Source: Macrostomum lignano
Taxonomy: Eukaryota
Length of the DNA: 64,000 nucleotides
Direction: 5' to 3'
Assembly (NCBI GenBank): GCA_002269645.1
Contig: NIVC01003063.1
Coordinates: 1 to 64,000 of the forward strand
The notes under the pieces were generated by a model that was given only the letters and a program-made list of their open reading frames with translations, was not told the DNA's origin and ran no database searches. Positions within the stretch are counted from its first letter, which is position 1. The number at the start of each line of letters is the position of its first letter. The translations under genes were made by a program, and so were the position numbers. Positions 12,359 to 64,000 of the stretch are shown piece by piece.

Positions 12359-13289
12359 AAGATGCGTTTGAACAATTTTTACCTAGATAACGACGTTTTT
12401 TAATCATAAAAGTTTTCGCTGACTGTAGCTGGTACCCTACAGCAATCCGACGTCGATGAGTCAATTGTTTTGCATTACACCGACCTTCAGGTGACGTATG
12501 ACGTCATTATCCCTCGGCGTAATTGAAAAATTCCCATTTTCAAGCGACATCGACGTCGGATACGTCGGATTTCTTTCATACGTCGGCGGAATTCGAAATT
12601 TTGCACTGGATAGTTACATTTTATGCACGCAGAAGTGGTTCTCACCAAGCACCTTGCGCTCAATATATAAATGCTCGACCCGAAGAGAAACAAAAGTAAA
12701 TTTACGCTCGTATTTAGCTATTCACTAGAAAGAGTCCAAGTGTAATCTTTTACTCCCTCAAAAAATTGTATACACTTAGCATGAAAAACTTTGTCACTTT
12801 ATAAGCAAAGCAAATACTCTTAGTTGCATGGCAATAGTCATTATTATTACTATCCTTAGTATTAGCAATGCAGCGTACAGTAAATTCTATTATTATTTGA
12901 TAAAATGTCATACTGAATCGTCATTGTACTTTGCGGATAGCGTATGCCGGAATAGATTTTTTGAAATGTAAGATGTTTTAAAATGTTTTTTGCGATTTCA
13001 AATACTTTCTTGTGACAATATACACAGCATGCGTTTACAGGCTCTGTGCACAAGTGTTGAGACACAAACTTCATACAGTGATGTCATGCATTTAGTTTTG
13101 CGATAAACGAAATTGGATGAAAGAAATTTATAAATCTTAGCGCTACAACTTAGCGCTGAAAACTGGAGAATTACAATTGATTTGGTGGGGGAGGTTATCG
13201 GAAGTCTCATTTCCAGTTAGCGTCATATATTGATTTGTCTACTGTATGTGCGAAATAGTAGTAAAATACTTTGTGGAGCAAACTAAAAT

Positions 13290-13738
13290 AACGCTCGATA
13301 TTCTCTATGGATGCGAGAGCTGGACTCTGGGGAAGAAAAGTATGGAGACACTCACACCGTTTGAAATTAAATGCTACAGAATAATGCTAACGAATACCAT
13401 GAAAGAGAAAAAGACAGATGCCTGGGTTTGGGGTAAATTGACGGAGGTACTATTGGAAAAGGAACCAGAATCTGTAGAAGAGATTATCAATCAAATTAAG
13501 TTCAGATATTACGGACATCAGACGAGGAAGGGAGGGGTGGCAAATGTCTGTATTCGAGGAGGAATAGAAGGTAAAAGAAGAAGAGGAAGACCGAAAAGGC
13601 AGTGGAAGGATGACCTGAAGGAAGGACAATGGAAAGGTTAAGAAGAGCAGCGAAGGATAGGTAGTGGTGGCGGAAGCTGGCCTGCATAAATGGGTGCCCC
13701 CACAGCCATGACGGCTACGGCAACGAAGAAGAAGAAGA
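13290..13738 (+). mobile_element. 5'-truncated RTE-clade LINE (end of ORF, 3' UTR and GAA tail)
   Basis: LYGCESWTL..FEIKCYR.ML..KFRYYGH..GGIEGKRRRGRPKRQWKDDLKE is the typical RTE C-terminus; the element ends in (GAA)n at about 13726-13738. Confidence 0.88.
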
Positions 13739-16700
13739 ACGAGTCTTGTAGAAAGTCTGAGGCGAGAACTTGTCTATGGCTCTTATAGCGCTTATAAATT
13801 CTTAAAAATAAGCTGAGGTTGACAAGTCATAGCTCATATCTATCTATCTATCTATTTTTGCTCTGTGATAAGAGACAAGATCGGAGAAAAAAGAAAGAAA
13901 AGAAAGAACTAACGTACTCGTAAAATCACAGGAGTAAATCCGAAAAATACATATACGTTGGCCAAGGTTCAGTTTCTATAACTGCACCTTCCATGACTGT
14001 CAGTTCGATTGAAGACTATGCATTGAATGAAGACTAAAGTCGATTCGATGGAAGAAGAAATGTTCAGATTGAGGTTAAAAAATAAAGAGACAAGCGTATT
14101 GTTATAAACCGCTATAATGCTTAAATTTATTAGACGTTTACTTGCTTTTCTTCTTTACTATTAGAACAAGAACATCATAGAACATTAGCGTGACATAATA
14201 TTTCTAAAAATGTATGCCGCATCTCCAACCTGCAGCGGGACATTCAGCCGACGGATTTTGAACTAAAGCCTGCGTCGTGCACAACTGCAGATTCGAGCCG
14301 ATGCTTGCCAGCGATGGCTGAACAGAACATTTGGCACTGAATTTCGATTCCTAAGATAACACTTCGTTGAAGATCCTGGAAAACTCAGCTGAACTCGGTT
14401 CAAAGTTTACTGAGAATTGGAGGGAAGGCTAGCGCCTGTCGGACAAGAGGTCGAATATAAAATTAGGGCGGTTTGGTGCACTCCTGCTTCTTCTTTTTGT
14501 AGCATTAAACTTTTAAACTATTTTAAGGTACATGTTAAAATAGTACCTTTTATTTTAATAGATACTCAAAAGTATCTAAAGCGTATTTTTCGTATTATTT
14601 ATCTTTATACCGGTAGCACTTTGCAGTATGCTTAAAACATGTATGATTGAACGGTTTTGATCACATTGGCTTTCCCTTGTTGATTACGTGGTTAGTCTAT
14701 ATTATAATTATTTAATGTACGGGCGTAAATTAAGAAATATATTTATAAACGTCTTTCACAGCTGAGGCTGCTTAAGTGACAAATAAAAAGTATGTCATGC
14801 AGTCAACAGCCCTTCTGCTAATTCCCGAACACAAACATACACGCATGTGTATAGACTCTTCCAGGCTGCACAGCGGCCCTAACTTTCTAAATTTTCGTGC
14901 ATGTGCACTTGTGCTTTGTGGGTTGTTCGACCTCTCAGGGACTTGAATCGCATGAAAGTCGCAAGTCATTTTTTCTTGCTTTAAAACCTTATTAGCCACT
15001 TCGGCCATGCACTGAGTCGAATCCAGGTTACTTTATTTTTCGTACGGTAGATTGCATGAATATAATAGCGTTCGGAGTTTACGATGCATGCAAGCAAATT
15101 AATCTTCTTTAAATTAATAATGCTGCCTCAATAAAACCATTTTTAAAACCGAACTGTTAAGGTTGCTGCACTTTTGAGATTGTTTTTCTTCATTCACAGC
15201 CATAATGTCACGTTAGGTTTTGCAACGACTTATAGGTATAGCATGCTGCATATACATGTACGTGTACATACATATACACCTAAGCTACTGGCTACGTGGA
15301 CTTTTTGCTCTCGTTTCGTGAAACTTTATAACATCAATAAATTAATTGAAAACTACAAGGCTTTTGATCTGCATCTACTTCCGTCTGTGCCTGGAAGAGT
15401 GCGAGCTTATATACAAGATCAATATTAGTTACGAGTAACATGACTTTTCCTTTCGATGTGTAGCTACTCGTACTTGTAAATGCTAAAAAGTGTTAGAAAT
15501 AAGCAGGTGTATGAAGCCAATGAATTTAATAAGTGCGACAAAAGGAGCCACGACGAAAATGTAATAGATTTAACAACTTGTATTTTAATTTCGGTATCTC
15601 AATCTCTTTGTATCAGGTATCGCCGCATCATCATCAAGATCTTAGAAAATGAACACATATTTTTTAAAAAATCTTTGGCAGAGTGATTACGATGTAAATA
15701 AAATTAGAATAGTGCTTTAAAAAAAAATTTAGTGAGTATGTGCGTGAGTAATTTACTAATCGGTTGGCCTGAAAAAAGACTAAACGGATAGTAGCTAATG
15801 GTGCGTGTTGAGTCCGCCCACAGATAATAAAACATAGTATCTGTGCCCCGTGTGACTAATTTAAATAGCTACAGAAGCTATACGGATCAATTCAAAATAT
15901 GCAATTTAGGCCGGATTAAGAATGTTAAAACTACCAGCAAAGATAAAAATATTGTTGCATCGTTATACCTTTTTTACGAGCTATTTTTATTCATGTTAGC
16001 CTAATTAAGCCATTATTGTTTCACAAATACTACTGGCTAATTTAAAATTGTTTTATTCCCGCATGCAGTAAACTCCAAATTCTAAAAAATATCAAACCAG
16101 TCTAAAATTGCTCGAACGCATCCTGTGGCAGCGATGAATTACTTAAATTATCCAGACCAATTTAATACGCTTGGATTTTTAGTTAACTAGATAAAATATC
16201 GATTAGAAAAAATATTGTTGAGAAAGAGCTACTTTGCAATGGAATATTTGAAAATAATGACATGTAAGTGAAAAGAATAAACATCGCATTTAAAGAACGT
16301 CGACACTTAATGTAGCTAATATTTAACAGTGCCGTTTTTTCAATGTGCAAAGCCAAGTGACACAATCATCACGTATAACCATGCGCATTTTTACCTTTTG
16401 ACGAGTTTTCTGATTTCTGAAAACATTCTGAGTCGAATTTTAAATACCTTATTCGGTCTAGAAAATCCTATTTTCTAAAAATAATCATCAACTCTCGTCA
16501 TTTATAACTATGCATTATTACTATATAGCAGTTTATATTAGCAGCGGGCAAATTAATTCAAACAACGCTTCATGAGCTATCTAAACGATCGTATCATACA
16601 CTTGGTGTATTAGCTACTGTTTTCGTAGCCACTTTTTTTTTACACTTGATTCTGGATTTTCTGGTTTCTAAATAATTTTATAGCTAGCTATAATTCACAT

Positions 16701-17438
16701 ATCATGCACGTTATAGTTTACCTGCATGAAACGTTGCATGTTTTTTAATTATTCCGGCCGGCCAAATATTTAATAATTAAGTTTTCTACGTCTACTGAAT
16801 AAACATAATCATATAATCACCCTTTAAAAGTATAAACTTAGCGTAGTGCTTTTCCAGCATAGAAAAGGTTTCAACATTCTAACGTAAAAATCAGTAACGT
16901 GCCTTTCCAATTCTGTGAGGAATTATCTTACTTGCTGACTTGCAGACTGCTGCTTCTGTTGAAGAATGATTGTATAATAAGAATATCGTTGACAGTCGCT
17001 AAAAGTAACAAATTGAGTTTGAAATAGAGAACACTAAATAAGGGACTTAAAGTAGTACAAAGAAAAAAGATTTTGGGTGGCAACAAGCCAAAAAATCTCG
17101 CAAAAACAGATGCACGCAGGATAAAAACAAAGTTAGACACACGTTTGTCATAAAGCAAACTCAATCGGGGCCAGAAAAATGTCGTTCAAAAAGTCTATGC
17201 TTTGTAGTCTACATGTACCATTCTAAGTACCTTGCAAATCGGCAAAATGAGGACGAGTTAATCAGTCACTTCCGAGCCTTTTAAAATTCGGAGTAGCTAG
17301 CAGTGCATCAATTTCTCGTCTAGATACAATTTTTTTCAAGTGCAGCGCTTGAATCTTAAATTCCTCTTTCAAAGTAAAATAGTTTGTATTGCTTTTTTCT
17401 AGCTCTCATTTTACACGCAACACTTGCTGATTATTCGC

Positions 17439-58067
<40,629 letters not shown>

Positions 58068-60815
58068 GTCTTCTTGGCCAAAGTAGTAATTTAGAAGGGC
58101 ATCATTTTGTACGAGCTAAGTTAGGCAAGCAAGTCTAGCAAGATGGCTCGAAGGAGGCAGTCGGGATTTATTTCTTGTTGCTAAACCCAACCCCATGCCA
58201 CATCTGTTTGTTTTCCTTGACGATTCTGATGTGGTCCTTGGTTTCACGTACTTCGCTGGTTTAACCATTCTCACTGCTCCACGCGCTGGTTGGCCCTTGC
58301 GCCTGTACTTGTCTGGCAAAACTGTAGTCATCAGTGTGTAGAGAGCAGCCTAGCTTACCATCTATTGAAGACAACACCTCATTTCTTGAGCGTCTCGGTT
58401 GTTACTATTTTTGGGGATGAGGTAAGTAACCAAAATTTTCTCCCATAAACTCGTACTCACGGTAGCGATACACAATTATTGAATTTTATAAATCGATTTT
58501 CCATGTTGGCTATTGATTTGCCTGTTTTTCAGCCGTTTGAATCTTAATCTAATCCGCCAATAAACGCGTTTCAGTACGAGAGCTTCGAGCGTACGTTCTA
58601 CTGCTTCAATCAGTCATAAAATAGAGGGATGTACATACCGTTTGATAACAACACAAATAACACTTTCACAAAACTGAATGGCAGATTCATGTCATCAATC
58701 ATAGAAATCAGTTTTTGTTTTAAAGTACAGTGTATTTTTACACCATATAGGTGCATACCAGTTATGGAGTCTCAATCGCTATTGAGGCGTTATAACGAGT
58801 TTCTTTAGAATACTGTGAAGTGTACACTGCTTGCTTCTGAGAGTAATCGTGTACGTTTAGTAATTCATAGTATATTTAGATTGCATGTACATCTTATCGG
58901 TTGTATGAGGTGGGTTGTTGCAATCTGGCGCGACCCCCAAATATATATAGTCAACCTTGCGCGTCTTAGCAGTTTGCAAGACCGTTTCGTTCTAGCACAT
59001 ACCAGCCTTACATTGGTGGCAGCGGTGACTCAGTCAGTCAGTCAGTCTAGTTTTGCTAAATCATGGAAAAACAAGTCAGCGCACTCTTACCTCCTAAGTT
59101 CTCTGGCTCTGCAGATTCAAACATCCATATGTGACTGCAGATGTTTGAAGATTTCGCCAACGATTCTGAGTGGAATGAATTACTAAACGTACACGATTAC
59201 ACTCAGAAGCAAGCAATGTACACTTCACAATACTATAAAATATACCTGAACCAAAATCTGTTTTAACTGATTTGAAAAAAACGCTTTGTTCCTATTATTC
59301 CCGCTGAAGAACGGCTAGCAGAGATGGACAACCGTATGCGAGAGCTGCAGTTGAATGGAGAAGACAGTTTCGTGCTGCCTGATGGTGTAGCCTCGGATGC
59401 CAAATGCTCAATAGAGTGCCGAGCAAAAGGAAAATAACGGCATAAATAAAAACTTTCACATACGTTCGCAGCACGGTGGTTGTGGCTTCTGAGCTTCTGA
59501 AGCAAGCCAAAACTGTACGCAGACACGAAACCACGCCTGCCATCCATATAGTAGTACAGCCCACTCCCTACTCCCTCACCTATCCGCGCTGCTTTGTCTA
59601 ATTTTTAGCTAGTCACCTGGCCTCCCCTGTAATTCAGCGCCCGTCTTGATGACGCACGACTCTTAAAAAAATCAACGACTTTTCTTTCAAAAGAGAGAGA
59701 CAGAGGGAGAGTTAGCCGGAGAGTCGTCGCAGCAACGTAGGGAGAGTGCTAAGTCTCCCCAAATTTTGCAAAGCACTTCCAAAAAGTACTTTGGCCTCAT
59801 AATCTTTGGACAATTCATGGAAAACAATAAGCGCAGGGACGTAAAATGTCTTAAAAATTCTAGAATTGAAAATTTTGGTCATTGTCTATTTGGGAACAGC
59901 ATCAGTAGCTTCCCTACAGTCTCCTACTAGTCAAGAGGATAAGGAAGTTGCCGCGGCTTACAAAGTCTCACTCACAATGGCGAAGCATTCTACCAGCGTA
60001 GATAGTAGTTCAGCAGAATGTGCTAACGAGGTAAAGCAAAAAACTACCTGTCACTCAAGGAGCATGACCTGTAAGAAAGTTTTCTGGCTGCTTCAGAAAG
60101 CAGAAGATCTGCAGATGCCTATAGATATCCATAGCTAGCGCATATGGATTTGCAGTAGTTCAAAGATAATAATCAAAATTTTTAGGTGGCAAATGGCTAA
60201 ACTGATTGTTTTTTTTTCTCACGAGCGCCGTAGAATCAACATCTCGTAGATTAGATTAGGTTTGAACTCCACAACAGACAATTAGTTCACTTCTGGCGGG
60301 TGCCGTGAAATTTAAATTATTGAATTTCAATGAGAATTTGTATTTAGCTCGCATATTCTACTGCTTTCTAAAGCCGTATACAGACTATACACTTAGTTAA
60401 CTTTATAAGAGCTGCGAGCTGGTGAATAAAACAGTAGAAAAATCTGGCCTTAGGAAACACAAGCGTAGGTTCTACTCTGATAAATAAAGATCGAGCCTTA
60501 ATATTGGCATAGGTATTTCAACTGCCAAGACCCAACAAATTCTGAATAGGAAAGAAAAAAATACAGCATATCACACTTACTTATAATCATATTAAAATAA
60601 TTGACAATAAATGTCAATATATCATCTATCTAAAAAAAAATACAAAAAGCCAGATTAGTATACAATAATAACCAACGTGACAAAAAGTTATTCCCAAACT
60701 ATCGGGTTCAATACTAAAGACTTGCATATCAAGTTGAGAAAATCCAATTGTAATCCATTTTGACACTATGAGATTTTATTCCCGTTAAATATTACTTTTT
60801 ACCACGCATTTATTG

Positions 60816-63800
60816 CTAATCGTGATCCAGTCCAGTTCTCGCATTCACACTCAGGTGGGCATGAGCACGGTCCCATGTGCGCAGCGCAGCATTGTGCCTA
60901 TTCAGCAGGGATTCCACCGAGTTCAGCCTCATTTCCAACAGGTCAATGGATGCATCGAACGCGACTGAAATGACGACAACATTGCTTGGTAACGAAACTA
61001 ACCAGTTTTAAACAGGCTCCCGGATCAACTCACCGTCAGAATCCACATACGACTCGTGTGTCTCCTGCGCTCTATTCCGAAAGGTGTTCTTGAATCGCTG
61101 GAGGACGAACTGCACAATCTGGAAGTCGCGCGCTCCACCGACCTCGGAGTTCTTGGCCATCTCGTAGCTTTCATTCAGGACGCTGACGAAGAAGTTGACG
61201 ATGACGAACGTAAGAAAGGAGACGTAGATCGAAAAGGCTATCTTCGGTAAAAGTCCGTGGTGAGTGACCATCTGTATGTCGAACTTGCCCAGCATCGCAG
61301 TGAAAAAGGTGGACATTGTGCCAGCTGGTGAGTTGAACTGCTGCTGCACTGAGCCAAGCAGCAGATTCATGAGCAGGCTGAAGGCAACGAAGATCACACA
61401 GAAGACGATGCTGAAGGAGCGCATCTGGCTTAGAGAGAGGCGAAGCGTAGCAAGCAGGTGACTGAGGTTGGTGCTGAACCTGACGAGACCCAGCAGAGAC
61501 AGCTGAAGCATGAAGGTGCCGGCGCCAAGGCAGTAGTAAAAGTACTGGTTCAGCAGCAGCAGAGCCCGTAGCTGAGGTCTGCCGCCGTTCACAGCAGCTT
61601 CGAGAGCGGCCCCAGTGTTGGCAGTCCGGACTCCGTAGATGATTGCGGTCGCAGTCATGCTCAGCGCAACGCCAACGTCCAACCAGTTCTCGAAGCTGTT
61701 CCAGAAATCTCGAAATTTTCGCAACCGCAAAAGAAGCAGGACCAGCCGAATGAGGACGATGATGCTAGTCAGAATCTCTGAGACCAGAGCGAAGACTCCC
61801 ATGGCACCGACGTACCGATAGAGACGAGTGCTCAGCAGCTGCTGGCTCACCAGAGCTCCACCAAACGGTTGCAGCTCAACAGCCAGGGTGACAGAAGTGA
61901 ACAGGTTAATGTCGGAGTACAGCAGGTCCAAGTCGATGGCCACAAAGCGAGTGTGTCGATCCAGCCAGTTCTGGCTCTTCAGCTCATCGATCAGAGCTCG
62001 GCTTTGCTCAAGGCTGTCGGGCAGCAGGATCGAGAAGCCACCTCCGCGGTACTCAGCCAGCCGTCCCGAGTATCCGGCACCGTCGACACGGTTCATGAAG
62101 GCTTGGGCAAGAAGCTCGCCATCCGTGAGGTTGCACGGCGTCAGCTCTGTCCAGCCAGGAGCAAAGCAGCGCGTCTCGTCTTCGTCCCTGTCGCTGACGA
62201 GCCCGACGCTGACCGGCTTGCGACGCCGCCGCAGCTGCCGCACGGAGACGCGGCTCAGCCGATAGCCGCAGCCGTCAGAGATGAGCTTGGATCCGGACTT
62301 CGGGAACACGGATGGCAGAAAGCTGTCGTTGAGTGCGCTGTACATTTGATCGACAGTGTTCGACACAGACTCAATATCAGCATATTTCAAGTGGTTCAGA
62401 ACGCTCTCGTGCAGCTGGAAAGTCATCGGGTCCAGATTGGTGTAGCAGATGCAGTACTGCAGGAACAGCAGCAGAATGGCAAGACAGGCGTTGACGGAGC
62501 TGCTGATGGCCTCTTTTCTCAGGGGATCCTTCTTGGCCTCGGACTGCAGCTCGTGCAGGTAGGCGACGCCCTCTGTGGGAGTTTGAAGTCGCACAAGCCT
62601 TGAAAATGTTTCTGCGCCATGACTAATGTATGCAGAGCATCGCGAATAAATTTAATGAATTAAAGGATCAATTAAAACATGCATACCCTTTCGAACTACT
62701 TTATTGTAGTGAGAGACTCGAACCAGCGGAGTATGCTCAACATCGTAGTCCTTTCGAAAGATGACGACAAGGATGAACCCAATAACAATTACCTGCAAGT
62801 ACATTAAGTAGTAATTTAGTTCTACGGTGTCCAATAACAAATGACACCGATCTAATTTATATCATACACGCTCATAAAAAATCAAACCTTCAGAGGCTGA
62901 ACAAGCAGCGCTGTCTGGATGAACGACAGCACAAAGGACAGCAGCCACTGCTGCGACTTCTCCTGCCCCCACTGCATCGCGTAGAACACCAGAAACACGC
63001 CAGCCCCAACCATGCTGCCGAGAACCAAAGCCCAGCCGATGTACTGGAACCAGTACGGCAAGGTGAATCGCTTTGGGTGCGAACCGGAACCCTTCTTCAC
63101 CAGCGGTGTGTTGGCGGGATTCTCTGTGTAGTTGTTCGCTCGTCCGCTCAAGTCCTCGGAGGTTCGGAACACTTGCATAGTCTAAAAATTTGAGTAAAGC
63201 CATTAGGTTTTTCTAAAAAACTGAATGACTCATCAAGTGTCTGACCTCATCATTAAAGTGTTCAGTAGTCAGTGCATCGTCGGTATTTTCTACAGTTGTT
63301 GAAAGAATGACGTCCGCGGGTTCATCGTTCTCTGGCTCCGGCTTTCGCTCCGACTTTAGAAAGAATATTGTAACCGCTGCAGAAACGGGAATGACTACGA
63401 GGCCTCCCATGATGGAGGTGAAGAGAGTGTTGATTGACAGCTTGATGGGCCCGATGGAGATCGTGTCAGAAGCAGCCTGGCTTTCTTCACCTACGCCGTA
63501 GAACATGGCGTTGGAAATCATGGTCATGAACAGCAGGCAGAAGCACACCCCGAAGCGCTGCAGGCGGCTGAAGTTTGTGTCTGTATCGCGCTTGAAGACG
63601 GACATCCACAGGTGGTCGTCTTGAAACTTGCGCTGCAAGTTGAGCTTCACAAAGCGAGGCTGGAACGCCAGAAGCCCCTTGGTCGCCAGTTTCAGAATCA
63701 CCGGCGGATCGAAGCCGACAATCGGCTCCGAGTTGACAAACACGTACCTGGCAATCATGAGCGAACAGTTACGGGCTTCATCGCTGTTTTTCGGATTGCT

Positions 63801-63973
63801 AAACATTTGACTACTCACGTGGCATTGTACAGCTGGTCTGTGATGACAATCTTTCTCAGCGTCCATGGAAACACTGGGCGAGTGCCTTCCAGAGTAACAC
63901 TAAGCTGCATGATGTCGCCCAAATGCTTTGCGGTTGTCATGGTAAAGTGATCGATGTCACCAGATCGAAGGTT
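60816..63973 (-). CDS. PKD1L copy 2 (tandem paralog), 3' exons 63819-63973, 63246-63747, 62888-63181, 62687-62792, 61034-62572, 60816-60964; continues beyond the window
   Basis: Exon lengths are identical to copy 1 (155, 502, 294, 106, 1539, 149 nt). The channel exon differs at 16 of about 512 aa. Frames are open with GT-AG junctions. Confidence 0.93.
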
Positions 63974-64000
63974 CTAACATGAACAAAGAATGTGTTGAAT

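Overview
Eukaryotic (invertebrate animal) genomic DNA with short GT-AG introns and many simple repeats. A free-living flatworm such as Macrostomum is plausible, but that is inference only. Left to right: a 23-bp satellite; two exons of a CNNM metal-transporter gene (minus strand) broken by single-base homopolymer indels; an intronless secreted double C-type lectin gene (minus), head-to-head with a compact 3-exon ZO-1/MAGUK gene (plus); and an RTE LINE 3' fragment. Most of the window is a ~40.6-kb polycystin-1-like (PKD1L) gene on the minus strand (ATG 58067, stop 17439, >45 exons, roughly 5,000 aa by hand estimate). Its ectodomain strings together many discoidin (F5/8C)-like domains, at least three F-type-lectin-like domains and three C-type-lectin-like domains, followed by PKD, REJ, GAIN/GPS (lacking the HL/T cleavage motif), PLAT and a polycystin channel region. 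The 3' end of a second, tandem PKD1L paralog (60816 to the window end) lies directly upstream and shows patchy near-identity to the first. PKD1L introns hold solo LTRs, a foldback element, a non-autonomous Helitron with minisatellites, Crypton-like fragments, a Tc1 derivative, a SINE and microsatellites. All domain calls come from recognising motifs by eye; no database search was run.
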